Shown here: in pieces, positions 23,071 through 36,999 of the stretch
Layout: every line of letters starts with the position of its first letter
How positions within the stretch are numbered: position 1 is the first letter of the stretch
Assembly (NCBI RefSeq): GCF_030144855.1
Contig: NC_082731.1
Span: 21,390,001 to 21,454,000, forward strand
Length of the DNA: 64,000 bases
Source: Hypanus sabinus
Lineage: Eukaryota
Direction of reading: 5' to 3'
Notes under the pieces: generated by a model
Seen by the model: the letters and a program-made list of their open reading frames with translations, nothing else
Database searches by the model: none
What the model was told of the DNA's origin: nothing
Made by a program: the position numbers and the translations under genes

Positions 23071-25699
23071 TCGAAATCATTCGAAAAGTATCTGAATATT
23101 TCGTCCGGAGATAATCAATATCCTGCAAGCATACCTCCGAAACACACCCTGTTGCCTTAGTGCAAGATGGATACAAAGGGGAGGGGGGCGTCTTCATATT
23201 TAACTAGAAGTATTGATTCCATTTGCCTTATCAGGGGTGGCAGAAAAGTTTGAATGAAATTACCTTTCTGAGAAAACTTCCAATAGCCAACATCAGCCAG
23301 ATCGGCGCCTATTGTATTTCAAGTGCAAAACAAAGTAAACAATTCTCTGCCAAGGACTGAGGCGAGCTCACTTGTTGTTGACCAGGAAATAAACAGCTAA
23401 CTTTCTTTTACCACTGTGCAAAGGGTTTCTATTCATATTATTTCCGTGTTCCTCAGATACTTTCCTCCATGCTCAATATTGCATTCCTCGTATTCATTGA
23501 TAAATTTTCCTTCTCTGCATGGTGAGGACGATGATTTTCAAAATGTCGAAAAACTTATCTTTTCGTCTCCAAGTTCCTCAAGCAACTCTATTACTGAAAC
23601 TTTTCAATTCTGCTCCACTTCTTTGTTCCTCAATACAACCAATGATCTGAATCCTGGGAGATTGGATGAAACCGGGCATGTTAATTCCTCTCATCAAAAG
23701 ATTCAGCAACATGTATGTTTCAAAGGCAAATATACAATGGACTGACATGACTTCATAATGTTTTGTAATAGATTACGGAGTGTTTGTTTTTGTCTTTCTT
23801 TTTTTTCCTGTTATTTCCGAAGCATTAACAGTATGTCGGTACCATACTTAAAAGGGAAACCAGTCATAACCAGTCATTGCAGACGAAGTTGAGAAAACAA
23901 ACTGCACGGAAAAAATTCTACAATGATATGTTATCCTATGTCAGCTTCTGGTTGCTTTCTTGAATGGAAGTTGTAAAATGTCAAAAGAGTCACAGAGTCG
24001 AAGCAGCTACGCGAAGAGAACGGTATTTTCGGCCCAGCAAGATCAGACTTTTTTTCTGTCCAAAATCTATTTTGTCAAGTTCTGTACTGACCCTCTTCTC
24101 TTTGCCAAATTAAGCATCTAAACTACAGTAATTGTACCACTTTATAAGCACCTTCTGCGATAGTGAGCACAAGATATCAATCACATTCTTTGGAAATATA
24201 TAAAAATGAGACTTACGGTACAGTTCTCCTTTCTTCTTGCTCCCTCGAAAGTTAACACTACGCCCTCCTCTGTTTGCGTCCATGTGTGCAACATTTCAAT
24301 TTTATTGTCTAGAACATTTAGATTAGATGTTTTATTCTACATACTTCCATATGTTTAGTCTACATTTTCCGTCGTTTCAGGATAATTATACCAAATTTGT
24401 CATAATTCATCAAAATCTTCTAATCAGGCCAACAGCCCTGTGAATCCCTTTCAGCAGAGACGTCTTATCCCGGCTGTCCTGCTTTATTCCTGCCGCAACC
24501 TAATCTGAATTGTCGGCAGATTTGTCAACTTAGAGGGTTATGGCAGATATGGTATTCAGGGTCGCTATAACGTTGCATATAATAGTCCTATGAAATCTTT
24601 AAGGAGATTCATTGTAATCCAAACACGGATATTTCAAATACGTAATTAATATGTTATCTGATTTCAAGCGTTGTAAATTAGATGTCTGCCCATTCCTTTG
24701 AGACTTCGTGAAGTCATACTAACAAAATAATTTCTAGAAATTATCTTTATCACATTAATATTCTTATTACTCTCACATTCATCAGCCTCGGTTGTATGGC
24801 GAGTGTTATTGAGGCATGAAATAATTAAGTGTCGTCATATAACACAGTTATACAATTTTTTTCCTATCTTCGTAATAGTAATGACGGCTTAAAATCCGAC
24901 GAATATTAATACCTTCTTAGACACCATGTGATGTCAAGTGCGACATACGTCGGTATCAATGACGACAAAATGAAGCTCACTTTTTGACAGTAACGGGACC
25001 TGTGATCTGAACGATTGAGTGACAAAACTTTGTAGAACGAAGAATGATCAGAGGACGTAATCCCGAATAATGCTAGCTGAAAAAGCAAAGCAAAACTGTA
25101 AATTTAGATAAGAGTATGTTCAATGCACTGTTTAAACGAATGGTTAACAATGAACTGCAACCTGTCGCTCATATTACCTAACAAAACGCCAAAACAACAT
25201 TCCCACGTTGTCCTTCTGCATAGTTAAGGGAGCGTAAGAAATGTTGAAGTATGCTTGAGCAAGTTTCATTGCTAATCTGATCGCATGAATCGGAATATTC
25301 TCATTCGTAAAATGTGTATGTCATTGGTGCGTGCAATCCTGCTTCAACAGCTAGAATAGACTAATGTATATAACATATTTCGTAATTCTATCGTTAACAC
25401 TAACCTGGATCTTTCCGCAGAAATCCGCATGCTGTGGTTTGCGCCATAACGACGTGCAGGTAGATTGATAATATGCACTCTTTCGTATTGGACTGAAGGG
25501 AACAGAACACACCGTTTTCGATTATTACGGCATTCGCTTGGCTCTGACTTGCAAGGTTGAAAATGCAATTACTGCAATTTAGTTTCTGGAAAGAGAACTG
25601 TCGTAAGCTTCGTCAAACTCATAGCTCAGAAAGAAACCAATCAGAATCTTGTGTAGTCTGTTCCTTGTTGATTTGAAAATATGACCAGCTCTCACTAAT

Positions 25700-26330
25700 T
25701 TCTATTGTTTTTCTGCTTTTGTGTACAATAAAGTGATCAACGTTCCAAATAGTCCCACTTCCATCATCAGACTGCTTAGAAAATATCACAAGGTCGTCCA
25801 TAGCCAGTGACCTTTCAAGGACATGACAGGATTATCTCGAACTGTGAAATGATACTAATTCATAAGTCTCTTTTGTCATCTTGTTATCCGACGGAACAAA
25901 GGTCTCACAGCTTATGCCAATCCTGGAAGAGCAGACTGAATATACTGGTACTTATGTGATTATGTTTGATGAGATTGTGCACTTGACCACAGACACACAT
26001 ATGCATGTGTTATAGTGGATTGCGTATTACCAGTCTTCTGTCGCTGGATAAGATGGACAAAGTGGCAAATCAAACGACATCTTCATATGTCCCATGCCTA
26101 AAGCAGCAAATGTCAAATGCATTATGGAAGTCTACATAAATACATGGACTAGAGCATTACAGCTGGGGCGTCAGGCTACGGAGTTTATTGCAGAGGTCGA
26201 CTGCAAATTATCTCCAAATGCTCCCGGTAGAACGTGTCGGAATTTTCTGGGCGCTTTTGCTTCCAGCCCAGAGTTTACAGTTGTACCAATTAGCAGGTTA
26301 ATTGGGATTGTAAATGGAGAGTAGTTTGGG
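25700..26330 (-). mobile_element. Ancient LINE RT remnant
   Basis: IYVDFHNAFD (about 26110-26140) and FSKQSDDG (about 25760-25785) resemble the YMDFSKAFD and ISKFADDT RT motifs. Confidence 0.45.
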
Positions 26331-29300
26331 GTTAAATCTACGAGGTTGATCAATTATTCGGAATGGATTTTCAATAAAGGGAAAGGATCCGAAAGGATAC
26401 TCCAGAAGATGAAGCACTAGTTATACATCAATACTGAGAATTCATTGTACTCTAGAGAGGGCTAAAGTAATTCTCGTCGTGGGACTTGTAGAACATAATT
26501 ACAATGGGACTCATCTGCTCATCTACATGTGCTGGAAGAATATCAGTGTACTGACAATATTGCTGATAACGAATAGCGAATGGAAGAAAATGTTTAATTT
26601 CCTGTTATTTAAACACTGCTCGTGTAGATGAACAACTCAGTTCTTGTTGATCCCTTCACACTCTTCATGTTCATTTTACGGACAGTTTTCAGTAGCGAGT
26701 TAAAATGAATGAAACTCCGATTTAACATAACCCTAAATGGAATTAATACCATACATTGTGCAGACAGAAAATCAGCTGAGGACCAACAATCATCATCTCT
26801 GTTCTCTGAAGGAACAGGGCGCAACTTTGTGCCAATGTCTTTCGGATAAATCATCTGCCACACCACCGCCACCCTCAATAAAGCAGACATGGCATTCTGG
26901 GAATAGTTACATAACCAGTCAGCAAGTCACAATTCAATGATGCCCTTTCAGGGACCGAGGAAATGTGTAAAACTATAACTTCATTTCCCTAAGCGACAGT
27001 ATGGGTTGTTTGAATCCAGCTGACTTTAGAAAGTTGCATTGATTAGCTGAATTATGTCGCACAGATGCTTTGTTGAGGCAGTTTCACAATCGCACATTGA
27101 TTTTTTAAAGTTACTTTCGTCTTTTTGGAATTATTTAATTTCCTACTATATTGTTAAATTGTGATCCACATCAGACGAACAGCACATGATCAATGGATCA
27201 CTTTGAAGACGGATGAAGCCATGTATTTCTACTGGTGACCGCGTTAGTTTCCCACCTTCAGCTTTATACATTCCGCACTCTGATGCTCCTGTCACTACTT
27301 GTCTTTCCTACCACAAAGTTAAACTAACTACCATCAGGTGTTATGTTCAAATTAATTTTGTTATCAAAATACCGATATATTAACTTTATATTTATTGAAT
27401 GGCAAGGTGTACAGAAATAATAATTAAGATATATTAACTGCAATATACGACATTATGGGGAGAAAAAAATAAAGTTTAAACGAAGAGTAAATAAAGGATT
27501 TTAGGATGAGAAAAAATAGAACATGCTTGGAAGACGAGTTATCATGAAAGTGACTCTATCTGTTGTGCAGTCAGCGCAGTGCTAATGCGAGTGAAGTTTT
27601 TCATTTAAGCTCAATAGTCAGGTGGCTAGAGGGTAATAATCGTTCCTTAATAGCCTGGTGTCCAATCATTGTCTCGAATCACTCTTATGGTTACGACTTT
27701 TCCGCTTGTGTTTGTTACACATCTGCCCTATTCTGTTTATAACGCATATTCATGTACATTATATCTTCTGCTAATATAGGAAGTACACTTTAATTACTAA
27801 TCTAAATTTAGCTACCTTCGAAGTATGATACAGAGAACTAATACCCAGACAGAACTGTTTCATTGACAGTTATTCAGGATCATGTATCTAAAGCACATTG
27901 CTTTCAATACAAACTGTGTGTCCTGTCACACAGTTGATTCCCTGAGCATGAGTTTTCAGCTGGTCCGTTTTAAGCAAAAAAATATGCTGCGCTTTCAAAA
28001 TACCTCATCTTAATACTTGGTTATTGCTGATAACTACAAGTTAAAATGGATATTGTTCCGGTACCACGGTAGTCAGATACTTGCTACTACTGAAGCGGAC
28101 TCACACTCCTGACAGATTAATTTCTGGATTTATAATACAAAGTAGATTTTGCTTAGTTAACAAGGAAGGTAACCTACAGAAATAGCAAATAAAGTAATAC
28201 TCGGCAGATTAAATAAGATAAATACATTTTAATGGATTATAACGATGGAAAAATTGGGATATTTCTACAAAACTGTATGTAAGGATAGAATGTCCCTCCC
28301 ATAATAAGTGTTGATGTACTGCCGTCCTGCCTGGACGTGCCTTTTTCTAATTATAAATAAAGGACTTCCCTTGGAGGTGCAGCTGCTTTGTGCATTGAAC
28401 GTATCCGTGGTATCCAGTATCATATATTTTCGGTCTATAAAATAGCACCTGCAAGGGACTTGCTGTCCCCTTCCTTTGATTAAGTCAAGGACGGACATAA
28501 TGCTTGGGCTGGTTTTCACCGTTCGTCAACCGGACTAGGTGGGGAAATTCACAACGCTATTCGTAAACAATCGAATCTCGCACTACGTTGTGCCTACACA
28601 AACTGCAATAAAACTGTTTTGACCTCGTGACAACAGCTGATAACATGAATCGTACGGTGCCTATTGAATGAATAATCATTCAATAAACTTTTCCAATCTA
28701 TAAAATCGCAATTGGTGATCTCCGTTGATCAGTTGGTCGATCTTTTCTTGGCAAAATCCCGGCATAGGGTTTCTTCCTTACGATGGTGGGCACAGTGGGT
28801 AGAAATCATTAAAGTCTCCACTGTTATAGTCCTTCCTTACCAATTCAAATAATTAATTCCAATGTATTTCGCACGAAGTCATCTGATTGACCGTTAGCAC
28901 CTTTTTACTGGCTCTGCTACCGAGCAGCATCCAGTCAGTGACAGTCGATAATTTAAGACATGCACCACCCCAGACATTTACAAACTCACCTATTATATCA
29001 TACCAAATGCCATCTCTGAAATAACTTCTTATCTGGAAATGATTTCCAGTTCAGTAGCTTGCCTTCCTGCAAAAACTGTCTAATTCCCATTCAAGTGCAA
29101 CGTTTTATTCCACATGTTAATTTTACCGTGTCGAAAAGAGGTATACACGGCGGGCCATTTTAAAGAAGTGCATTTGTTGAGTATTCTTATTTTTGCTGAC
29201 TGTTCAGTGTCCGTAACGTGGAACATGAATGTCTTTTCAAAAGTTTCCTGTTTGTGAATTAATTATCTGTAAACCTATTCGAAGTCGATCCATTTTCTGT

Positions 29301-29597
29301 CACAATTGCATTGATAGCGAGGCTGATTTAACATTCCACCTGCATCCAGCATATTAGAACAGATAATAATGAATACAAGAGATAGGTAAAACAAGGGATG
29401 CTGCGTAAATAACTGTTTTTGAATTATATTTCCGAAGGTGCAGGAGAACTGTTGAATCGGATTGGATCAGTACATTTAATATTGAATAATACTTGTAGAT
29501 AATATGCTGGTATTGTCCATAATTGCCTGGATTAGCTAATACTTCCAGTTGCAATCAAAGCCCTCCTTATTCCCGGATGACTTCAGGGAGATCAAGC

Positions 29598-29636
29598 AGT
29601 TTTTGTACAGTGGCAGGTTAAGTCTGTTCCATTGTG
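29598..29636 (-). other. 23-RSS of V3
   Basis: CACAATG (29636-29630) + 23 nt + ACAAAAACT (29606-29598). Confidence 0.92.
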
Positions 29637-30475
29637 GGTCGCAGCGCGCAGAAATACAGAGCCTCGTCTCGCAGCTGTGTATCAGACACAGTAAGTGGGA
29701 ACGTTCTCCTCGAATCATTCAGCTGTGCAGAGAAGCGTTGTCCTGGGGTCTTTATCGAGTTTGCACCGTATTTACTTCATTTCAATAGGTGCTCCAGAGA
29801 TCCGCCGGGATACTGACGATACCAGTATAAAGTAAAATCGCCCATGTCTGAAGTGCTGTAGTTACAGTTCAACGATGCCTCACCGCCTTCAGTCACTGTG
29901 GATATAGCTGGTGTCTGAAAAACGGCATCGCCTCGACAACGGTCTGAAAGAATCCGAAAGATATTTCAAGCAAACAACACCATTTTTCTGTGCGCACACA
30001 TCTTTATCGCTCCATGATCTCTAGTACTGAGCTGAGTTGGGACTGGAGGGAATTCAAATCGAAATATTCGTTTCGTAGAGATTCTGGGATGGTCTCATAG
30101 AAAACGATTTAATTGTTTAAACGAAGAGATAAAGAGGCAATAAAAAAAAACTCTTCAGAGTCTACAGGTTTCACGCGAAAAATAAGCAAAATTAACATAG
30201 TTTCATTTCCGCATTAGAGGCAGCAATGGGCTTCAATGTGGTGGAACGGGAAACTCCCTTCAAACATTATAATGGCAGTTACAGAGGATCTGAATACGCA
30301 CGCCGTTCGTGTTCCTTTGATTATTACCCTGTCTTTGGCAACACTGGATTCCGGGTATTGATTAATAAATAATCGTCCACTTCACCGATGAGAATCACGG
30401 TGTTTAAATCTCCTGAAACTTACCGGTCAGGAACGCTGCTGCAATAAGGAACAAACGTATAAACTTGGAAAGCAT
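29637..30475 (-). pseudogene. V3: TCR alpha/delta V pseudogene with a single nonsense codon (leader 30475-30424, V exon 29943-29637)
   Basis: MLSKFIRLFLIAAAFLT-D-RCRGDAVFQTPAISTVTEGGEASLNCNYSTSDMGDFTLYWYRQYPGGSLEHLLK*SKYGANSIKTPGQRFSAQLNDSRRTFPLTVSDTQLRDEALYFCALR. TGA at 29779-29777; GTAAGT donor and ttcAG acceptor intact. Confidence 0.92.
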
Positions 30476-30659
30476 GCCTTCACAGACTGTGAATTAGAAC
30501 TGAAATTATCTTATTGATAAGGTAGTTTTAATTCGAAATTCGGGAGGTTTGTAATATCTCTCTACGTTCTTTATATTATTGGTAGCATCCAATAAGCACA
30601 AGGCTCCTTGCTTCAACGACACGTCCAATGAATTGAATCACTATTTTTTTCTGTTTCTC

Positions 30660-30790
30660 AGTGCAACCAATCAACTTATTATTGGCAGATAAGGCGTGAT
30701 CTGACCTACATTATAACTTCCGTGCAAAACATTGAACTGCATGTAAGGTAACTTGGCAAAGATGGAAGAATCGGAAGTGTCATCGTAGTG
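30660..30790 (-). promoter_or_regulatory. Putative V3 promoter block (CCAAT, CRE-like, Ets-like, decamer-like)
   Basis: ccaat 30667, tgacct 30702, acttccg 30716, ggaagtgtcatcg 30773-30785. Collinear with the V4 and V5 upstream regions. Confidence 0.5.
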
Positions 30791-32939
30791 TGACATAAAA
30801 AACGATGTCGTTGGTATGTTCCCATTCTGTGAAATCTAAGCATAGGAGTTGCTTTTTGTAAGTGAGTAATGGAACATTTGTGAAAATAAGAACAATTCAC
30901 TAAATGTCTATTTTTTCGATGTTGACATTTGCTTCCCGTTTATAGTACTCAAGCAGTAAATCGACGAAACGTCATTTGCCAAGGATACCATAGATTTTTC
31001 AGCAAAGAAAACCGAATTTCCGTCGAGAGTCATCTCGCTTAACCTCTTCTTTCTACGCTGTGGTTAGACCCACTTCCCTTCGCCAGTTCGTGCACCTGAA
31101 ACAGAATAATTGAACGTGTTTACATGTACCTCGTTGTCGGAAATTAAGAAATATATACCATTTCTTGTTTTTATAGAAGTACTCAGCACCCCTTTCTTGT
31201 TTGGCATTCAACCTATCAACTTCAACCTGCACCATGTTATTTGTTTTTTTCTTTTTCAGTTAAGGATGGAAAATAAAATGTATTTCCTAGGTAATTTATA
31301 TGCAGGCCCACCCCACTGACCCTCCGCAACACTATTTTTTTCTTGCTACAGTTGGCAGGATGAACCCGCAAATACGTCATATCTAAAATTAAATTAGAAT
31401 GCCCTGATAGCCCTTCAATTTAGTAGTGGTAGATAGTGATGTCATAGATAATCAGGACATAAGTAATTAGAATATATTAATTACAATATACGTAACTATA
31501 GACGGGCATGCAACTAAGTTGTAAAAATAGGAGAACACGCCCAGTTTAAAACAAAATGAACACATTGCTAAAGCGACTGATCATTAAAGTGAGTCTGTCA
31601 GTTGTGCTATCAGTTCAGGACTGAGTTGAGTGAAGTTTTCTACGTCTACTCAGGAGCCAAATGGCTACAGGTCAATAGTCTTCCTACCTTTCTTTAATTC
31701 GCTGGTGTGGCACTTATGACTCCAGAATTATTCCCCGGTGATAGAGGCGTGCAACAACTATGCCCTTGACAGCGGCTGTCGTTTATAGTCCTTCCTTTGA
31801 CAAGTCCATGTGAATGTTTTTGGAGTAAAAAACAAACCTGAATGCACAAAATTTTGTCTCGACTTAATCAACATCCCTGGAACAATTTAGTGTTTATATT
31901 ATGGAGTTTCTTTTTAAAGAGAATCAATCTTCACCTTTTACAGTTCGTTGGGCAGTTGGACACAGGCAAAGTCCATGTAAACTCAGGACAGTATCTCCGA
32001 CTATGTTATAATCCTACACTTTTCAAAGTTCTTGGAGTGTTCACAACACAACAAGACTGAGGAGTCATGATATTCAGCCATGTTATAGGAAGAGAAACTT
32101 ATCACCATATTATTGCTGCACACCCATTTCGCTGTGTCCATTCACACTTCGGATGCAGGTGGCTCAACTTGTGTTTCAGACTCATTTGCCCTATTATGTT
32201 TATAATGAGTATTTAGTATTTCCAAAGCACCCGGTTGTGAATACAAAGAGTGCGTGGCGTTTCTGCAAATAATTATTTTCCCTTAGCATTATCTTTCAGC
32301 TGGGCCGAGTTTGGCAAAATGATACTGCACCTTCAAAATACCTCATCATCTTGATGGTTTAATGTATTGAACTATGAGTTAAAGTCCACGTTCTTCCGGC
32401 ACCAGTGCACTCATCAGCTTATTACAACTGAGAAAGAACTCACACCTCTGCAAGTTTAATTTGTTTTTTCTGAACATCGTTTGCTGTTGCAGACTAAAAA
32501 GTTTAGAAAATATCGAACAATAACTTCAAAAATGTGGGTCAAACTAACTTTTATGGGATTAAAAAAGAGCGGAAAAATCCGAGACAGCACATACGGGACA
32601 AAGGTAGTCCCTTCCACAGAAAGTGTTGATGCACTGCTGTCCTGTGGGGGTGTGTCTTATTCTGAATAGATCACAGCTGTTTCCGTCTTGACTAGATACT
32701 TCAGAAGTTGCTACTATATTCCCAGAGGATATGTGGGCTGCTGTCACGTTTCAAGTATCTTTGGAATATAATATAGCACAAGGAACACTCTTGCACTTTT
32801 TGCCTCTATTTATGCACGCATAACAACTTTTCGAGGGAACTCAACATTTGGAAAGTCATTCACGTTGTTCTGTTTTTTTTCTGTATCTGTTCTCTATCTC
32901 CAGTGAATAATCAGGAGGATATGCATTTGTGTCCCCTAC

Positions 32940-33860
32940 ATTACAGTATTTCAAAGTGCTGATGACATAAAGTTTGGGAGTGATGTGGATAGTGTGGAAG
33001 GCACTCAGAGGTTACTTACAGCGGGACATTGACAGGATGCAAAACTGGGCTGATAGGTGACAGATGGAGTTAAACCTAGATTAGTGTCAGTGGTTCAATT
33101 TGGTAGGTCAACAATGATGGCAGAATATAGTTGTAATGGTAAGACTCTTGGCAGTGTGGAGGATTAGTGGGATCTTGGATTCCATTGGACGCCCAAAGCG
33201 GCTCCGCAGGTTGACACTATAGTTAAGATGGCATACGGTGTATTAGTCTTCATCAATCATGGTATTGAATTTAGGAGCCAAGAGGTAATGTTGCAGGTAC
33301 ATAGGACCCTGGTCAGACCCCACTTTGAGTACTGTGTTCAATACTGATCCCCTCACTACTGGAAGGAAATGGAAACCATAGAAATGGTGCAGAGGAGATT
33401 TAAAAGATGTTGCCTGGATTGGGGTGAATGACTGATAAAGACATGTTGAGTGAGCTCAGCCGTTTCTCCTTGGAGCGACGGAGGATAGGATGTGATCTGA
33501 TATAGGTCTATAAGATGATGAGAGGGATTGATCGTGTGGATATTCAGAGGCTTTTTCCCAAGCCCGAAAAGGCTGCCTCAAGAAGGCATAGGTTTAAGGT
33601 GCTCGGCAGTAGGTACGGAGCTGATGTCAGGGGTAGGTTATCTATGCACAGAGTGGTGAGTGCGTAAAATGGGCTGCCGGCAACAGTGGTCGAGATGGAT
33701 ATGATAGGGTCTTTTAACCGGCTTTTCGATAGGTACATGGAGCCTCGTATATAGTGCTATGCGTAACCCTGGTAACGTCTAAGCAAGGGATATTTTCGCC
33801 AAAACATTATGGGCTGAAGGGTCTGCATTGTGCTGTAGTTTTTCGATGTTTCAACGTTTC
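32940..33860 (+). mobile_element. CR1 3' fragment inserted in cassette unit 2
   Basis: ADDIKFG...QRDIDRMQNWADR*QMELNL...YCVQY...RGHRFKV-type decayed motifs. Absent from the paralogous units. Confidence 0.8.
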
Positions 33861-34689
33861 TATGAATGACGATGTGTGGTAGATGATGCACTTATGTATT
33901 TTTATGAGGATTCATTACTACATCCCAAAATTTGCCAAAAAATATCGATACCCTTGAAAATAACTGTAAGTAGAAAGTTATCTGTCTTTTCGCATTTTCT
34001 TAGCCTGCCGTGCGAGAGCTGAGGAGGAAACAACCTACTGATGAAAATCTCAAACTTAATGTAGCAGACTTGGGGGCCTTGAGCAATTTGAGAGGTGGCA
34101 TTTTTTCCTATAAACCGTTTAAATTAATGCAATTTTCTGACTAATAAATGTGAATTCCCACTTGACAGAGTGTGGATGCGATGGTGAATACAGAGAACAT
34201 GTGCAAGATGGATGGCAAGTGTGAGCAGGAGCATTATACTGGGTTGAATGTGACTATTCCAAGTCATGTTCTGAGACTTCGCACTTGTTAAAAGCTGAAT
34301 GAGTCTTATTGCACATGCAGTTCCTATGCTATGCAATTGTTGATACGTGGTGCCGTATATGTGCCACTATAGTCTCTTAATAAACACGTTGCCCATGCTG
34401 GTCGGTAACAGGGCAATACAAAGGAACGACGTTTTGAATGATAACCTTTCTCAGCATACTACGGGCGGACTGTTCTTGGAACTGCTGTATTGGATTAACC
34501 TCTCAGAAAGTACAGTGGTTGAACATACATTAACGTCAGTGCACAAAATTAAGTGGGAGATCAGCTTATTGGTTGTTACTCTGTAGTTTACAGTTGTTGG
34601 TCTTTCAGGGCACAGTGAGGCTGGTGGATTACTATAAAGTACTGGAAGGCTATTTCTGGGTTTACAGTACCAGGTTTTGTATACAAGCA

Positions 34690-34936
34690 GCAGCGTCCAT
34701 TGATAAGGAGCTCCTGCACACAGCGCATGCCCCTTTCTCAATGATAACATGAGGTAGGACGTCTGGCACCATGAAGGCACACCATCCGCGCTTCTGAAAC
34801 AGTTTCTTCCCCTCTGCCATCCGATTACTAAATGGACATTGAACACTTGGACACTACGTCAATTTCTAAAATAAATATTATTTATTCTTTTTGCACAAAT
34901 TTAATCTATTAAATATGCGTATACTGTAACTGATTT
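34690..34936 (+). mobile_element. Rex/Babar-type LINE 3' end
   Basis: gcagcgtccatt...catgcccctttctca...aacagtttcttcccctctgccatccgattactaaat resembles the ..FRNSFFPSAIRLLN C-terminus of this clade. Confidence 0.6.
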
Positions 34937-35088
34937 NNNNNNNNNNNNNNNNNNNNNNNNNNNNNNNNNNNNNNNNNNNNNNNNNNNNNNNNNNNNNNNN
35001 NNNNNNNNNNNNNNNNNNNNNNNNNNNNNNNNNNNNNNNNNNNNNNNNNNNNNNNNNNNNNNNNNNNNNNNNNNNNNNNNNNNNNNNN
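34937..35088. other. Assembly gap (152 N)
   Basis: Run of N. Confidence 1.
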
Positions 35089-35915
35089 TTAGCACATTTC
35101 ACGTCAGAACCTGGGGATAATAAAACGTATTCTGACTCTGATTTTGTACTTTTGTTGTTCATGTCGAACTTGGGATTTCCCGAGAGTCACAATAGTCAGC
35201 GAGTTTAATCATCTCTTTTGCATCTTCCAAGGATTTTGTGTCCCTGTGAGGGTGTGCATTGTTCTGAAACTCAAAAGCACTGTCCTTGTGATTGGTTAAT
35301 TGTGAAGTTGCAGCTGTTTTACCCATTGCCTGTTGTTCAGTTTCAAATGTGTTGTTCAGAGAATTTAGCATGTGGAACGGGCTGCACTCGTCTTCTTTTG
35401 TTTCAGGCAATGACGTAGTGATGACTGGGAAGGTAAACTCTAAGCGCAATTTAATTAGGTTTGTTGAATGTTTATAGTTGTTAAATACTCTATTCGACTT
35501 ATTAGTGATGGTAACTTGTTAAAATGTTTATTGCTTATAAATAAAAGATTAACAAACCTATTAGAACACAGAGCAATCCCTTTTATAGTGATCAGACCGG
35601 CAAAACGGATTCAACATTCCAATCGCATCTATCTTACTGTAGCAAAGAATAGCTCGTTTAACAAACACTTTAAACAACTGATGTTGAGTGGACTTTCTTT
35701 AGCTCTTTGAATAACTACAGTACAATTATCGTAAACAATGGACCCGAGGGCAGATTCAGAAGCATCCTGATGAATCTGACTGTGCCGCTGTATTTAAAGA
35801 TGAATAATATAGACAAAAATATATAGTAGTATTGTCATCATTAGAAGAATCATCTGAGATTTGCTTCTGCACGCAAAGCTGCACTTACAACCAGATGGCT
35901 CTAGGGAGAACAGGT

Positions 35916-35954
35916 AGTTTTTGTACAATCACAGATAAGGTCTATGCCTTTGTG
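35916..35954 (-). other. 23-RSS of V4
   Basis: CACAAAG (35954-35948) + 23 nt + ACAAAAACT (35924-35916). Confidence 0.9.
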
Positions 35955-36805
35955 TGGCTCAGAGCGCAGAAATATATGGCCGCATCTTCCAGTTGTGCCT
36001 TAAACACAGTCAGTGGGACAGTGCTTTTCGAAACATCCAGCTCCGCTGTGAAACGTTGGTCTGGAATTTCATTTGGTTACCATCGTATTTCCTCCGTATC
36101 GAAAGGAACTCTGGAGATCCGCCGGCATACTGACGGTACCAAATTAATGCAACATTGGTTGCTATTGTAATAGTATAGCTACAGTTCAACAACGTATCAT
36201 TGCCTTCAATGACCGTGGTCATAGTAGGTGTCTGAAAAACGGCATCGCCTCGACCAGATCCTGAAAGAGTCCAAATCATATTTCAAACACACGATCATAT
36301 CCTGCAAAACACACTCTTCGGACCGCCCTATGATCTCTTCTACTGACATGTGTCGCGGGTGAGTAGAATTCAGTTATAAATATCCATCCCGTAGGGATTT
36401 GTGCGGATACCAGGAAAGGAGATATGGTCAACTGGATAGAATTATTACAAAAGGAAAATAAAAGAAGTAAAAACAAATATCTATCCAACCTCTTCTATTC
36501 ACGTGTGTGGTTGTCCATTAAACTGCATTGGAAAAATACATGATCTTTCAAAGTGAGAAGCGGCAATATACCCAGCCATAATCGCTTTCTAAACCCGCCT
36601 CAAACATTATAATGTAAGTTACAGAAGAACTGGCGCACCTTTTCTGCTCCTTTGTTTGTTTCCATGTTATTGGCAATATTGCTTTGCGTTTAATGACTGA
36701 TACCTTAAGCTGCATAGACGAGAGCTGCAACGTTCGAACGCTAAAACACTTACCGAACAAGAATACTCCTTCAGTAAGAAACAAATATACAAATCGAAAC
36801 AGCAT
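35955..36805 (-). pseudogene. V4: TCR alpha/delta V pseudogene with a 1-nt frameshift (leader 36805-36754, V exon 36260-35955)
   Basis: MLFRFVYLFLTEGVFLF-G-SGRGDAVFQTPTMTTVIEGNDTLLNCSYTITIATNVALIWYRQYAGGSPEFLSIRRKYDGNQMKF, then a -1 shift. The correct frame resumes as DQRFTAELDVSKSTVPLTVFKAQLEDAAIYFCALS. Confidence 0.92.
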
Positions 36806-36999
36806 ATCTGTCATCTACTGACTGTGCATTTCAACCGAACTAATCTTATTGGCAAATAAGTTGTCTAATGTCTTTCTTCCCGGCTCGTTATATTATTTGT
36901 GACATACACTAAGCACAAATCTCTTTTCCTCTCCATCAACCACAATCAGCTCGGTTCCATAAGCCGTCCAGTTCCTCATTTCTTCTTTGTTCCTCCGCA

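Noticed and set aside
25344-25568. Minus-strand ORF with RRYGAN...RISAE...LVLTI...YSSC, reminiscent of the V3 C-terminal half
   Set aside because: No WYRQ, wrong spacing, no RSS and little DNA similarity beyond 12 nt. Not supportable as a V.
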